Positions 10,356 to 20,842 are shown, counted from the first letter of the stretch. The stretch is DNA of 64,000 nucleotides from an uncultured Spirochaetota bacterium (GCA_963820525.1 CAWGAA010000001.1:1824001-1888000); one strand, 5' to 3'. Notes: generated by a model from the sequence alone, not told the origin. Program-made: numbers and translations.

Positions 10356-11498
10356 TCAATACCTGACGGAAACCTGGACTCCGTACTGCAGGTCGGGACC
10401 GGGCGCGGCGCCGCCGCCCCTGATATCTCCGTGGAAATACCTCGCGTAAAAAAGGAGGTCCGCGTTTTGAGCCGCATTGAAGTCGAGCTGGAGAGTGGGA
10501 AGAAAGGCCGAGGCGGGGATGTCATAGATGACGCTTGCCATGACGCTTACCAGGTCGCTCACGAGCCACCGGGATGAGAAGGAGAGATACTGCTGATTGA
10601 GAAAGATGCCGGGCTGGGCGGCGAGATCCGCCGGGCCCAGGCTTCCGGGCGCCACAGGATTGCCGTTATAGTAGTATTCCAGGACGAAAAAGAGAGCGCC
10701 TTCGATCGAGTAGTCCGCTCCGAGCATCCCTTCGAAATATCCGCTCGAGGGTGAAAAGAGGAAATGCTCCACGGCCTCGCCGTATATGCCGACAAGGAGA
10801 TCTCCCTTGAAGTCGAGCCCGGCGAGGAGCTGATTGCCCGCGCCCTGGTAGAGCCCCACCGCCGAAAGGTCGAAGTCGGCGATGTTGGTGTAGAGCTTGA
10901 GGGCCGAGCTCAAGCGGCTTACGGAATCCGCTATGGTGCTGACCACTTCCAGGCCCGATACCTCGCCGAAAGAGACCTCCAGCCGCACCACATCGCTTCC
11001 CGTGCGCACATAGTTGAGATCCGAGAGAAGCGGCCGCGAGAAGGCGTCGATTGGAGAAAAGAGTGTCCCCTTTCCGAAATTGACAATCTGGCGCCCCATG
11101 GAGATGTCCACGACGGGAGAATATATCTCGAGGTAGAGCTTTCGAAGGTCGACGTTCACGATGGCGCCGCTCGAGCTCAAAACGGTGATCAGGGCGGGAG
11201 CCACTCCCGAGCCGAGGGTTTGAACGAGCGCCGCCGAATAGGCATCCGCGTAGGCACCGGTCAGGAGGGTGAGGATGACGCTCCCTTCGACCTTCGCGGA
11301 TTGACGGTTTGAGTTCACGAAGTTCAGCGTCAGCTGGGAGCTTCCGCCAAGCGAGAGGTCCTGGCCGCTGCCGTCGAAGCTCTGGAGAATCGATGTATCG
11401 ACGGCCAGGGAGCCGCCCAGCTCCAGCCCGCCGCTCTGCGGGAAGGCGGCGGAGGCTGCTATGAGACCCAGCGCGGCCACGAAGGTAAAGCGGCGCAT
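10356..11498 (-). CDS. Putative outer-membrane beta-barrel protein
   Basis: Signal peptide, alternating beta-strand pattern, GRQIVNFG motif, C-terminal aromatic (VSVRY); last gene of the export operon. Confidence 0.65.
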   Translation of the reverse strand: MRRFTFVAALGLIAASAAFPQSGGLELGGSLAVDTSILQSFDGSGQDLSLGGSSQLTLNFVNSNRQSAKVEGSVILTLLTGAYADAYSAALVQTLGSGVAPALITVLSSSGAIVNVDLRKLYLEIYSPVVDISMGRQIVNFGKGTLFSPIDAFSRPLLSDLNYVRTGSDVVRLEVSFGEVSGLEVVSTIADSVSRLSSALKLYTNIADFDLSAVGLYQGAGNQLLAGLDFKGDLLVGIYGEAVEHFLFSPSSGYFEGMLGADYSIEGALFFVLEYYYNGNPVAPGSLGPADLAAQPGIFLNQQYLSFSSRWLVSDLVSVMASVIYDIPASAFLPTLQLDFNAAQNADLLFYARYFHGDIRGGGAAPGPDLQYGVQVSVRY

Positions 11499-11499
11499 G

Positions 11500-12261
11500 C
11501 TACCTCGACAGGTTCCTGAGACTGAAGAGGGTGTCGCTCACCGGAACGTCGAAGGCGATGTCAGTCATGGCGAACACGGTGCGCGAGCCCTTCCTCAGCT
11601 GGTCCGAGACCTCGGATTTCACGGGAAAAAACCTTCCGGAGATCTGCCGCACCTCCAGGACGCGGCTTACCTTCAGGAGCTTGCCACTTTTGGCGTACAT
11701 CTCCTGACGCAGGGTCACGAAGCGCTCCTTGTCGACCCAGAGCTTTCGCACCTCGTACTGGACGTCCCGGGAAGCGGCCGTGAGGGTCACCAGGTAGCAG
11801 GGACGCGTGTCCACGCTCTCCTCGCCCGTGACCTCGATCGAGTACTTGCTGGAAAGCGTGTCGCTTTCAAGGGCGTCCTGGTAGGAGACGTCGCTTCCCA
11901 TCATCCCTTCCTTCAGCATGTGACCGGAGATCTTCACCGTGTCCTGTTCCGAGGGGAAGTAGATCCAGAGGTTCTTGTCGATCTTGAGGAACTTGGTGCC
12001 CTTGTCCTCGGGGTTGGTGAACTCGACCAGCGCCTTGGAGGAGCCGACGGCAATGGCCTTCATCTCCTTGGTGCGCACTGCGTCGCCCGAATAGATTGCC
12101 AGAGTGCCCTCATACGACACGGAGGAGAAAGCGGTGTTTCTGTCGACGCGCGCGAGGATTTCCTCGCCTGAAAGCGTGAAGGCGCGCGCGGGGCCGACGA
12201 GAGCCCCTGCAAGAACGACGGCGAGGGCCGCCGCAATATGCCTCATCGAGATCCGATTCAT
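11500..12261 (-). CDS. LolA-like outer-membrane lipoprotein-sorting protein
   Basis: Signal peptide, 'GTKFLK...LWIYFPS', 'MMGSDVSYQD', 'LFSLRNL' motifs of the LolA-like family. Confidence 0.85.
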   Translation of the reverse strand: MNRISMRHIAAALAVVLAGALVGPARAFTLSGEEILARVDRNTAFSSVSYEGTLAIYSGDAVRTKEMKAIAVGSSKALVEFTNPEDKGTKFLKIDKNLWIYFPSEQDTVKISGHMLKEGMMGSDVSYQDALESDTLSSKYSIEVTGEESVDTRPCYLVTLTAASRDVQYEVRKLWVDKERFVTLRQEMYAKSGKLLKVSRVLEVRQISGRFFPVKSEVSDQLRKGSRTVFAMTDIAFDVPVSDTLFSLRNLSR

Positions 12262-12275
12262 ATCGCCTCCTTCGC

Positions 12276-13511
12276 CTACACGCTCTTGATCGAGTCGACC
12301 ACGTTCATTCGGGCGGCGCGCCGGGAGGGAAGCAGGGACACGACCCCGGCGACGGCCGCCCCCAGCGCCACCACGGCGAGCGTGAGCGGCACGTCCACGA
12401 CCGTGTGGATGACATTGTCCACGGGATAGTCCAGGGAGCTCATGGCCGCGCTGAAGTCCATCCCGCGCGCATGGAACAGGATGTTCAAGGCAAGCCCCCC
12501 CGCGGCCCCGACCAGGCTTCCCCAGAGACCCAGGAAGATCCCCTCCCAGAGAAAGAGAACCAGGACCTGGCCGTTCGACAATCCCATCGACTTCAGGATG
12601 CCGATCTCCCGCCTGCGCTCCAGCACGATCATCATCATAATGTTGGTTATAATGAAGGCCCCGAGGAACAGCACGACCAGAACGATGTAGTTGATGAGGC
12701 GCTCTTCAAGCTCGACCAGTTTCGGGTAATCGCCGATCGCGGTCCACGGGGTGACGGCCAGATTCGGGTCCGCCAGGAGGCTCTCGATTTTCGCCGCCAC
12801 GGCTTGGGCGCGGCGGTAGTTGTTCAGCATCACGATGATGGACTGGGTTCCCCCGCCGGTGCGGAGGAAGCGCTTGGCATCCTCAATGGGGATCTGGAAG
12901 GTCGCATCGTCGAGCGCGCTCACCCCGGTCCTGAAGATTCCCACTATCTTGAGCTTCTTCAGCTGGAGCGAGCCGTCGCTCGCCTCGCTCACCACCTTGA
13001 GGCTTTCTCCAACGGAAAGCTTTAAATCCGAGGCGAGGCCGGCCCCCATGATGGTCTCCCCCGGCCCGGCGATGTATCTTCCGTCCTTGATCGAGCGCTG
13101 GAGATACAGGAGGCTCTCTTCTCTCTTCGGGTCTCCCGCAATGGCCACGGCGCTGGCGTTGTGCCCCGCGTTTTCCAGGAGAACGCCGAATCGGATCCGC
13201 TCGGTGACCAGGGAAATCTGGCCCGCGAGGGCCGGCGAAGCCTCGATCGCACGCTCTATGACGGCCGGATTCGGGACGAGCGCATCCACCGGCATCATGT
13301 CCGAGCGCGCCAGGTAGTCCCTGGAGGTGATGCGGATGTGCCCGGTCTCGTTCTTGGTGTAGTTTCTCACGATGGATGAGATGAACCCGCCCGTGAACCC
13401 TTGCAGGAAGACGCAGAGAAGCACGGCAAGGGCCACGGAAATCATGGCGAGCGCGGATCTCCTCTTGTTACGAAGGAGGTTCCTCAAAGCCATTCGCACA
13501 AGGTAGCCCAT
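12276..13511 (-). CDS. LolE/FtsX-like ABC permease
   Basis: MALRNLLRNKRRS start, ERRREIGILKSMG motif. Confidence 0.9.
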   Translation of the reverse strand: MGYLVRMALRNLLRNKRRSALAMISVALAVLLCVFLQGFTGGFISSIVRNYTKNETGHIRITSRDYLARSDMMPVDALVPNPAVIERAIEASPALAGQISLVTERIRFGVLLENAGHNASAVAIAGDPKREESLLYLQRSIKDGRYIAGPGETIMGAGLASDLKLSVGESLKVVSEASDGSLQLKKLKIVGIFRTGVSALDDATFQIPIEDAKRFLRTGGGTQSIIVMLNNYRRAQAVAAKIESLLADPNLAVTPWTAIGDYPKLVELEERLINYIVLVVLFLGAFIITNIMMMIVLERRREIGILKSMGLSNGQVLVLFLWEGIFLGLWGSLVGAAGGLALNILFHARGMDFSAAMSSLDYPVDNVIHTVVDVPLTLAVVALGAAVAGVVSLLPSRRAARMNVVDSIKSV

Positions 13512-13522
13512 GGCCGCCTCCT

Positions 13523-14791
13523 TTAGACGAAATGAAGCGCGTCGGTGGCCGTCATCTTGGCCGCCTTGCGCGCCGGGATCACCGCCGCGATCAATGCAAT
13601 GACAAGCCCGAATATCACCGCGAAGATCATGGCGCCGGGGTTCCATTCGCCGTACAGCCTGCCCCAGAAAGGAATTCCGCTGCCCAGGCTTCCCGCCATC
13701 TTGTCCAGCGGGAAACCGATGAAGACGAGAAGCGCGTCAAGGGTCCCGCCGAGCGCCGCTCCCATCAGGCTGCCCAACAGCCCCACGAAAAGCCCCTCCA
13801 GGATGAACATCCAGACCACCTCCCGGCTTCGAAACCCCATGGCCTTGAGGACTCCCACCTCCCTGATGCGCTCATAGACGCTCATGAGCACCGTGTTCAT
13901 GATTCCAACGGCGGCTATCAGCAGGATGATAAAAATGATGAGGATGCTTCCGGCCCTCTTCTGCTTGAGCAGGGTGAGAAACCCCTGCGCCAGCTGATCG
14001 AAGGAGTACGGGGCGAGATCCGGGTTCTGTTTCTTTATCGCCGCGGCAAGAGAGGCGGCATCCGCCGCGGTGTCGGAGAGGTTCACCCGGTGGACCATGC
14101 GCACGTCGAGCTCGGTCGCTAGGCCGCCAAGGTCCAGGAAATCGTCCGCGGCGGCGTAGGTGATGAAGACGGTGCTCTGGTTGAGGACGGGATCGCTCGT
14201 GGACAGAAGCCCGATGATGGTGAAATCATCGGCGTTGCTCGCCTCGTAGCGCGTGGCGGCGGAGAGCACAACCGTGTCTCCCACAGTCACGCCCAGCTTT
14301 CGTGCGAGCTCGGCGCCCAGGATGATGCGGCGGTCGGGAGAGCCGCCGGTCTGAGCGGAAGACGAGAAATAGCTTCCGCTGATGTAGTCGGTGAGGGAAA
14401 AGACCTTCGGGTCCGTCACCGGATCCACAACGGTTCCGACAACCGGAACACTGTCGCGGTAGTTTCCCAGCCTTGCCAGAAACTCGGTGCGCCGCGTGAT
14501 GGCCGATACCCGGGGATCCTCGGAGATCGTGCCCGCGAGCGCCGCGGGATCCGGGATTGCGTCGTCCAGGGGCAGGGCCTTCCTGTCCGCGTAATAGGCG
14601 GATGTAAACACCTTCACGGAAGACTCACTTAAGTTGATCATGTTGTCCACGGAGAGCCTGTCCATCCCGTTCATCAGGGAATCCACGGCGATGAAGACCC
14701 CGATGCCCGCCATCATCGTGATGGCCGTGATCAGCGCCCGCCGCTTGTGGCGTACCACGTTTCGAAGGGCTATTTGCACGATCGTGTTCAT
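13523..14791 (-). CDS. LolE/FtsX-like ABC permease
   Basis: ALRNVVRHKRR start, ERIREVGVLKAMG motif. Confidence 0.9.
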   Translation of the reverse strand: MNTIVQIALRNVVRHKRRALITAITMMAGIGVFIAVDSLMNGMDRLSVDNMINLSESSVKVFTSAYYADRKALPLDDAIPDPAALAGTISEDPRVSAITRRTEFLARLGNYRDSVPVVGTVVDPVTDPKVFSLTDYISGSYFSSSAQTGGSPDRRIILGAELARKLGVTVGDTVVLSAATRYEASNADDFTIIGLLSTSDPVLNQSTVFITYAAADDFLDLGGLATELDVRMVHRVNLSDTAADAASLAAAIKKQNPDLAPYSFDQLAQGFLTLLKQKRAGSILIIFIILLIAAVGIMNTVLMSVYERIREVGVLKAMGFRSREVVWMFILEGLFVGLLGSLMGAALGGTLDALLVFIGFPLDKMAGSLGSGIPFWGRLYGEWNPGAMIFAVIFGLVIALIAAVIPARKAAKMTATDALHFV

Positions 14792-15483
14792 GCCGCGGCC
14801 CCCCGGTCGGACGCTATCAGCCCATCGTGCAGCACGATCACGCGGCGCGCGTGCCGCTGGACCATTGCATCGTGGGTCGAAAAGATGAACGTGGTCCCGC
14901 GGTTCGCGTTCATCTCCTCCATGAGCGAAACGATCTCCTCGGCGGTGCGGGAATCCAGGTTGGCCGTCGGCTCGTCCGCAAGAACCACGAGGGGCTTCTT
15001 CACTAATGCGCGCGCGATGGCCACACGCTGCTCCTGGCCGCCTGAAAGCTCCCGCGGAAAACGGTCCGCCATCTCGGCGAGGCCCACGGCCCGGATGATC
15101 TCCAGCGCGCGGCTTCTCATCTCGCTCCTGGACAAGCGCCGCTCGATCACCAGGGGAAGCTCCACGTTCTCAAGCACCGTGAGGACGGGAATAAGGTTGT
15201 AGGACTGGAAGATGAAGGAGATGTTCTCCTTTCGATACGTGGAAAGCTCCTTCTCGCTCATCCCTCCAAGCTCGCGGCCGTTGTACAGAACGCTGCCGCT
15301 TGAGGGAATATCGAGGCATCCCACGATGTTCAACAGCGTCGTCTTGCCGCTTCCCGAGGGCCCCACTATGGCGAGAAACTCTCCGCCCTGGATGCTGAGG
15401 TCGATCCCCCGCAGCGCTTCCACAAGCCGCGCCGCCTTCTGATAGTTCTTTCGAACAGCCTCAAGCTTCAAGATAGCAGCCAT
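14788..15483 (-). CDS. ABC ATP-binding protein (LolD/MacB-like)
   Basis: GPSGSGKT, LSGGQEQR, ADEPTANLD. Confidence 0.95.
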   Translation of the reverse strand: MAAILKLEAVRKNYQKAARLVEALRGIDLSIQGGEFLAIVGPSGSGKTTLLNIVGCLDIPSSGSVLYNGRELGGMSEKELSTYRKENISFIFQSYNLIPVLTVLENVELPLVIERRLSRSEMRSRALEIIRAVGLAEMADRFPRELSGGQEQRVAIARALVKKPLVVLADEPTANLDSRTAEEIVSLMEEMNANRGTTFIFSTHDAMVQRHARRVIVLHDGLIASDRGAAA

Positions 15484-15485
15484 GA

Positions 15486-15878
15486 TCAGCCCTCCTTCAC
15501 CTTCCCGCTTGCGCCGCTGGCGCCGATACCGTTGGAACCCGCATCCGGGCGCAGCCTGTTGATCAGGCTCTCCATCTGGCCCAGGTATTCCATGAGCGCC
15601 CTGCTGCCCTTCTGCGTCAGCCGGACGCTCGTGTTCGGCTTGTTTGCTATGAATTTCTTCATTATCTCCACGTACCCCGCCTCCCCAAGGTTTCGCAGCT
15701 GGATCGAGAGATTGCCGGCGGAGAGCCCTATCGTCTCCTTGAGCACCGTGAACGGCACCGAAGACTGCTGATCCGCGGCCAGGTAGGCGAGGATCATGAG
15801 CCGGGTCCGCTCGTGGATCATCTTGTCCAGCCGCGGCCCCTGCCGCGTGCCGGTCCCCCTATCGCCGGCCTTCCCCAT
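15486..15878 (-). CDS. Winged-helix regulator (HTH_34/MarR-like)
   Basis: LDKMIHERTRL...GNLSIQLRNL.EAGYV...LTQKG. Confidence 0.85.
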   Translation of the reverse strand: MGKAGDRGTGTRQGPRLDKMIHERTRLMILAYLAADQQSSVPFTVLKETIGLSAGNLSIQLRNLGEAGYVEIMKKFIANKPNTSVRLTQKGSRALMEYLGQMESLINRLRPDAGSNGIGASGASGKVKEG

Positions 15879-16554
15879 TGGACCCTTCTCTCCTCTTCTG
15901 GAGATCAAGCGCCAGGACAAAGGCGATGAAAGCTCCGCCGAAGATGAGCGCGCACCACACCCCGCCGGAAATCCCCGTGAAAAAGAAGCTCAACGCGGCG
16001 GCTGCAATGAGCCAGTAGCCCAGCACGTAGTACGCCGATGTGCGGATGCTCGACCCCAGCATGTTGAGAAGAACACCCATCGTGAGGCCGATCGTTCCGA
16101 TGATGTAGTAGCCTTTTGCCGTAAGGCCCAGATACACCGAGATCGCAAGGCCGATGAGAAGCACGGGTATATAGACATGGAATATGGCCGTGATGAAGAA
16201 CTCCCGGAACACAGCGGCGAAGCGCAGGCGGGGATCGATCCTGTTCAGGGGCCGAAGGATCGCGATGATTTTCATGAGCCCGCCCCATGCGGCCGCCGCC
16301 GCGACGGCCGCGAAAAGCCCCACCTTGATCCCCACGGGAACCGCGGCGAACGAGCCGAACCTGCCGATGAAGAGCTGAAAGGCCAGGGACAGGACAATGA
16401 CTACGACTCCGAAGAGGAGGCTCATCGCGCGGAAGTTCCGCGCCGCGAAGATCTCCCGGAACAAGGGACGGTTCCGCTTCACGGCTTCCTTGATGTACTC
16501 CATGTCCTCGATCAGGCGGGCCACCTCTTTGCTGTTCTTCACGGGAGCGCGCAT
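15859..16554 (-). CDS. Hypothetical multi-pass membrane protein
   Basis: About 6 hydrophobic segments, RBS (AGGAGA), first gene of the operon. Confidence 0.75.
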   Translation of the reverse strand: MRAPVKNSKEVARLIEDMEYIKEAVKRNRPLFREIFAARNFRAMSLLFGVVVIVLSLAFQLFIGRFGSFAAVPVGIKVGLFAAVAAAAAWGGLMKIIAILRPLNRIDPRLRFAAVFREFFITAIFHVYIPVLLIGLAISVYLGLTAKGYYIIGTIGLTMGVLLNMLGSSIRTSAYYVLGYWLIAAAALSFFFTGISGGVWCALIFGGAFIAFVLALDLQKRREGSNGEGRR

Positions 16555-16577
16555 GCTTGGATCTCCTTCACAGGAGA

Positions 16578-16606
16578 AATGTATTTTACTTATGTAAACT
16601 TGTCAA
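16578..16606 (-). promoter_or_regulatory. sigma70 promoter with palindromic operator in the spacer
   Basis: Minus strand TTGACA, 17 bp, TACATT; TTTAC-N4-GTAAA palindrome at 16585-16598. Confidence 0.7.
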
Positions 16607-16815
16607 TAGAATAAACCAGTCTATGAGAAGGACCATGGGGGCTGTCCGGTTGAGCCGCGCTTCGAGAAACTAGCGGGCTACGATTTTGAAATCCAACGGG
16701 CCTCCGGATTCATTTCGGTAATCGAACCAGGAAGATCGTACAATGAGCCTGAACGCTAAGGTTTATAATTATTTATATAGTATAAATTTATTAGCTTCTC
16801 AGGAATCGATGCTTT

Positions 16816-16830
16816 TGGCACGATCATTGT
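16816..16830 (+). promoter_or_regulatory. Putative sigma54 (-24/-12) promoter
   Basis: TGGCAC-GATCA-TTGT (consensus TGGCAC-N5-TTGC), AT-rich tract at 16760-16795 upstream. Confidence 0.5.
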
Positions 16831-16864
16831 AATACATGAGGAGACTCATTCAGGAAGGAGTAAA

Positions 16865-17023
16865 ATGAATCAGGTAAACCCCATGCTCCTTTTTCTCCTC
16901 GCACCCGTCGGGCTGGCCCTCTATTTCTTCGCGGTTCGAGCGATAATAGGCAATGGCCACGAAAAAAGCTCAAAACTGGAGCTCAGGCACCGTTCGAGCG
17001 GTTTTTCAACCCGATCGAATTGA
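16865..17023 (+). CDS. Small single-TM protein (52 aa), below ORF-track cutoff
   Basis: AGGAAGGAG RBS; MNQVNPMLLFLLAPVGLALYFFAVRAIIGNGHEKSSKLELRHRSSGFSTRSN*. Confidence 0.55.
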   Translation: MNQVNPMLLFLLAPVGLALYFFAVRAIIGNGHEKSSKLELRHRSSGFSTRSN

Positions 17024-17468
17024 GGATCCTCGCGACAAGCTCGGCGGTCGACGCCAGAAGGTACGCGGATAGAGCCACGTACGCGATATAGCCCCCATAC
17101 CAGAGCTCACGCAGAATCGTGTGATAGTAGATTTCAAAGATTCCCCCCGCGGACAAAAGGACTTGGGCGATGCAGAGCGGCAGGGCCGCTTTCTTCGGCC
17201 TGGCCGCAAGCTCGTAGATGATGATGGGCGCAGGCCATAAGAATGTGATCATCAAGAGCCAGCTCGGGACCGATCCAGCGTCGAAGTCGGTCCACGCATA
17301 ATAGTACGAGTAGGTCTGGGGACCTCGATCCGCCGTCGATTCCGCCTCCTCTGAGCCTGTTTTCCCGTCGTGAGCGCACCGCGAGAGGGGCAACACGAGC
17401 GCAACCAGCAGGAGTGCGGCGGCGGCGTATCTGACGATGCGGGCAGCTTTCAGAACCTTTCTAGTCAT
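16983..17468 (-). CDS. Hypothetical membrane protein
   Basis: MTRKVLKAARIV..., about 4 hydrophobic segments. Confidence 0.6.
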   Translation of the reverse strand: MTRKVLKAARIVRYAAAALLLVALVLPLSRCAHDGKTGSEEAESTADRGPQTYSYYYAWTDFDAGSVPSWLLMITFLWPAPIIIYELAARPKKAALPLCIAQVLLSAGGIFEIYYHTILRELWYGGYIAYVALSAYLLASTAELVARILNSIGLKNRSNGA

Positions 17469-17524
17469 TTTCCGAATTGTAGCTGAATGCAGCGCAAAAT
17501 CAAAGGCCTGGGACACGTGCGAAG

Positions 17525-20205
17525 CTAGCTCAGGACGGTGATCCTGCCCGTTGTGCCGTCCACGCGGATGCGCTGGCCGGTCGCGAGGCGGTTTGCGGCA
17601 TTGCTCACCCCGACAACGGCCGGGATGCCGTACTCCCGCGCCACGACCGACCCGTGAGTCATCATCCCTCCAACTTCCATGACAAGGCCGCCGGCCGCCA
17701 GGAAGAGCGGGGTCCAGGCCGGGTCGGTGCCGGGACACACAAGAATCTCTCCTGGGGCCAGCTGGGCCCGGCTCGGGTCGAGCACCACGCGCACCGCTCC
17801 CTCGACGACCCCGGGGGATACGGGACTCCCCACTATGGCATTGGAGGCTGTACCTCTTCCGGTTCCGGCGCCATCGCCGTTATCGACGGCCTTGTCCGCC
17901 TCCCCGCCTTTGCGGGAAGTGCCCAGAAGGCCCTGCCCGTCTCCGGCGCGAACGCCTTCGTAGAAGGAGGTGCCGTCGCTCAAAAGAACGCGGGGAACCA
18001 TGCGGCGGCGCTTCTCCCGCAGGTAATGCAGCTTGCGCTCGACAATGAGAGCCTTCCACTCCCGTCGATTCCCCTCGGCGATTGCCTGCAGATCGGTCAG
18101 GCGAAGAAAGAAGATGTCGTTTGGCGATTCGATCGCGCCCTGTGCCGCGAGCTCGCGGCCCGTGGCGAGAAGCGCTTCGCGGCAGCAGGTCATTGCCCTG
18201 ACCGCGGCAAACTTGGGGCTCTCCCGCAGGCCCGTAAGCTCGCGAATCCGCCGGATGAGCCAGCGCGCGCGCCGGGCCCGGGCATCGCCGCGGGGCCGCA
18301 ATTTCAGCTGCTCGACCAGTCGCTGTCCCGCCGACGCTGCCGAGGCCGCTCCGCGCCGGAAAACGGCGGCCGGGGTGCGGCTTTCATCCGTGATGAGCAC
18401 GTAGCTCTTCAGGGCTTGAAAGAGCGATGCGGGCTCCTCCCGCCAACGCGGCCTGCCCATGTCGATCTCGGCGACGCCGCGCATTCCATAGCGGTCCATG
18501 AAAAGCGAGACGACGCGCTGCGCCTCGCTCGGCAGCTTTCCCCCGAGATACTCGGCGGCGAGCGCGGCGGCATCGGCGGAAGCGAAGAGCCTCAGAGACT
18601 CGGAATCCGCCTGAATGCAGCGCGCCGTTTCCCAGAGAACCAGGTCCATCTCCGTGGTCACGTTATGGGCGAGGCCGCGGGTGAGCTCCAGCACCATGCG
18701 CTGCGCGTCGGGAAGGTCTCTGCACATCGCGGAAAGGAGCTCGAAAGGCGCAACGCCACAGGCGACGGTGGGGATGAGCCTCCCGATGAAGAGGGACGGA
18801 ATGCGGCCCATCATCCTCTCCATCACGGCGAGACGAGCCGCCAGGCTTTCCGCCCCGGCGAAATCGGCGGACACGCGGCAGACAAAATCCTCAAGCGCGC
18901 GCTGAAGCCGAAAGCGGTTCGCGGCGTCATTCGACGGTCCAGCGCGGCAAGCCTCGGGTCGGCGAGAAGTGATTCCACGGCCCGCCTGCTCCCCGGGTCG
19001 ATGGCAGAGAGATAGATGTTTAAAAAGGCGCGCCCTCTTTTGTTCCTGAAGAGATTCGTGAAATTGAGGAAGAGACGTCCTCCCGCCTCGATCATGGCGC
19101 GCTGCGTCTCAGCCGTGCGGCGGAGCCCGAAGATCCTTCCCAGCGCCGCCATCATCATGCGAAAGCCGTCCATCCCGAAGGGCGTGAAGGGATCCAGCAT
19201 GCCCTGAACCGAGCCGAGGGAGAAAAGCGCCAGGAGCTCGTCATGCGGCGCCCCCTCGGGAAGCGGGTACAGGGAGGTGATGGGACGCGATTGAACGACG
19301 AACAGCTGCCCCCCCGCCCCTGCCCACTCCATGTCCTGGGGCGAGCCGAAGTGCCTCTCGGCCAGGCGCCCCAACCGATCGAGCTCCAGGATCTGCCCGT
19401 CGGAGAGCGCCTGCACGACGCCCGCCGGCTCGCTCACGATTTCCGTGCCGCCCCCGTTTTTCCCCCGGACCGAGACGACCTTCGTTCCCAACCTCTTGTC
19501 GATGATGCGCCCGCGTTGAACGACATAGTGGTCGGGGTCCACCCGTCCCGAGACCAGCGCTTCTCCCAGGCCGACAGTGGCATCGATCACGGTCTGGTCT
19601 CGTTCACCCGTGAGGGGGTTGGCGGTGAAAAGCACTCCCGAGGCTTCGCTTTCCACCATCCGCTGAACCACCACGGCGAGGGCGGTCCCTTCATGTTCGA
19701 TCCCGTTTCGAGCGCGATAGCCGATTGCGCGCGCGGTCCAGAGGCTCGCCCAGCAGCTGCGCACGGCGTCCAGAAGCGCCTGCGAACCCACCACGTTGAG
19801 GTAGGTGTCCTGCTGACCGGCGAAGGAGAGGTCGGGGAGGTCTTCGGCGGTGGCGGAAGACCGGACGGCCACCGCAGCGGATACCCTGGACAGCGTCGCA
19901 TACTCCCGCTGGATCTCCCGGGCAAGCTCAGGCGGGATGGAGCCGGCCTGGAAGCGTGAGCGGATCTCTCGGGACGACTCTTCGAGAGCCGCGGGATCAT
20001 CAGGGCGCGCGGATTCCAGCGCCTGGCGGATCTCGAAATCGAGCCGGCTCGCCGCGACGAACTCCCGGTAGCCTTCCGTCGTGACGGTGAATCCCGGAGG
20101 GACCTTCATGCCGGCTCGAATGAGCTCTCCCAGGTTGGCGGCCTTTCCGCCGGCGGCCGGCAGATCCTCTTTCGCAAGGGCATTCAGGGGCACGGTGAAT
20201 CTCAT
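17525..20205 (-). CDS. Rifampin phosphotransferase-like PEP-utilising enzyme, frameshifted near 18920
   Basis: N-terminal ATP-grasp (GGKAANLGEL, VRSSATAED, SFAGQQDT, QSRPIT), central substrate domain (YGMRGVAEIDMGRPRW.E.P), C-terminal His-swivel (THGSVVAREYGIPAVV); no PEP/pyruvate barrel. Confidence 0.8.
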
Positions 20206-20225
20206 CGGCTCTCCTTGGTTTCTGC

Positions 20226-20801
20226 TCAGCGCGCGTCGATGCCGCGGAAGTATATTTCCAGGAGCGAAGAGGCCGCCTGTTCCGGCGAGCGGGCCCGCTC
20301 ACCCGTGAGGTAGGCCATCGCGAAGGTGCCCTGGACCATTGTCATGAATACCCTCGCCGCTTCCACCGGGTCCACGGAGCGGAAGGAGCCCTGGCTGATT
20401 CCGCCCTCGATGGCCTCCACAAGCAGTTTCATGTATTCCCTGAGGAATCTGTTGAGGCCCGCCCTCATGCGCTCGCGCCCGCTGGGCACCTCGCGCCTGA
20501 CCACCTGGAGGATGTCTGCGGACTGAAAGAGGAAGCGGGCGGTCTGCTCCGCGACCACGCAGACGCGGCGTCGAGGGGCCCGTTCCGCCTGGATCGCGGA
20601 GAGGGCTCTGCCCATGAGGGCGATATTCCCGTCGAGGATCGCCGTTATGATGGACAGCTTATCGGGGAAGTGGTGATAGATCGTTGCCTTGCCAATTCCC
20701 GCCTCTTCTGCGAGCTGTCGCATGGAGGTGGCTGTGTATCCCTGCTTGATGAAAAGCTCCCGGGCAACCTTGAGTATCCCGTCTTTCGTATTCGACGTCA
20801 C
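20226..20801 (-). CDS. TetR/AcrR family regulator
   Basis: GYTATSMRQLAEEAGIGKATIYHHFPDK; likely GTG start at 20801. Confidence 0.92.
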   Translation of the reverse strand: MTSNTKDGILKVARELFIKQGYTATSMRQLAEEAGIGKATIYHHFPDKLSIITAILDGNIALMGRALSAIQAERAPRRRVCVVAEQTARFLFQSADILQVVRREVPSGRERMRAGLNRFLREYMKLLVEAIEGGISQGSFRSVDPVEAARVFMTMVQGTFAMAYLTGERARSPEQAASSLLEIYFRGIDAR

Positions 20802-20804
20802 TGC

Positions 20805-20842
20805 ATTCTTCTCTCGACCGACCGGTCGGTCGAGAGAAGAAT
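20805..20842. promoter_or_regulatory. Perfect 38-bp palindrome, probable TetR operator
   Basis: ATTCTTCTCTCGACCGACC|GGTCGGTCGAGAGAAGAAT directly upstream of the tetR start. Confidence 0.75.

Noticed and set aside
17525..20205. PEP synthase (ppsA) or two separate genes
   Set aside because: No C-terminal PEP/pyruvate barrel; the two ORFs join across a frameshift.
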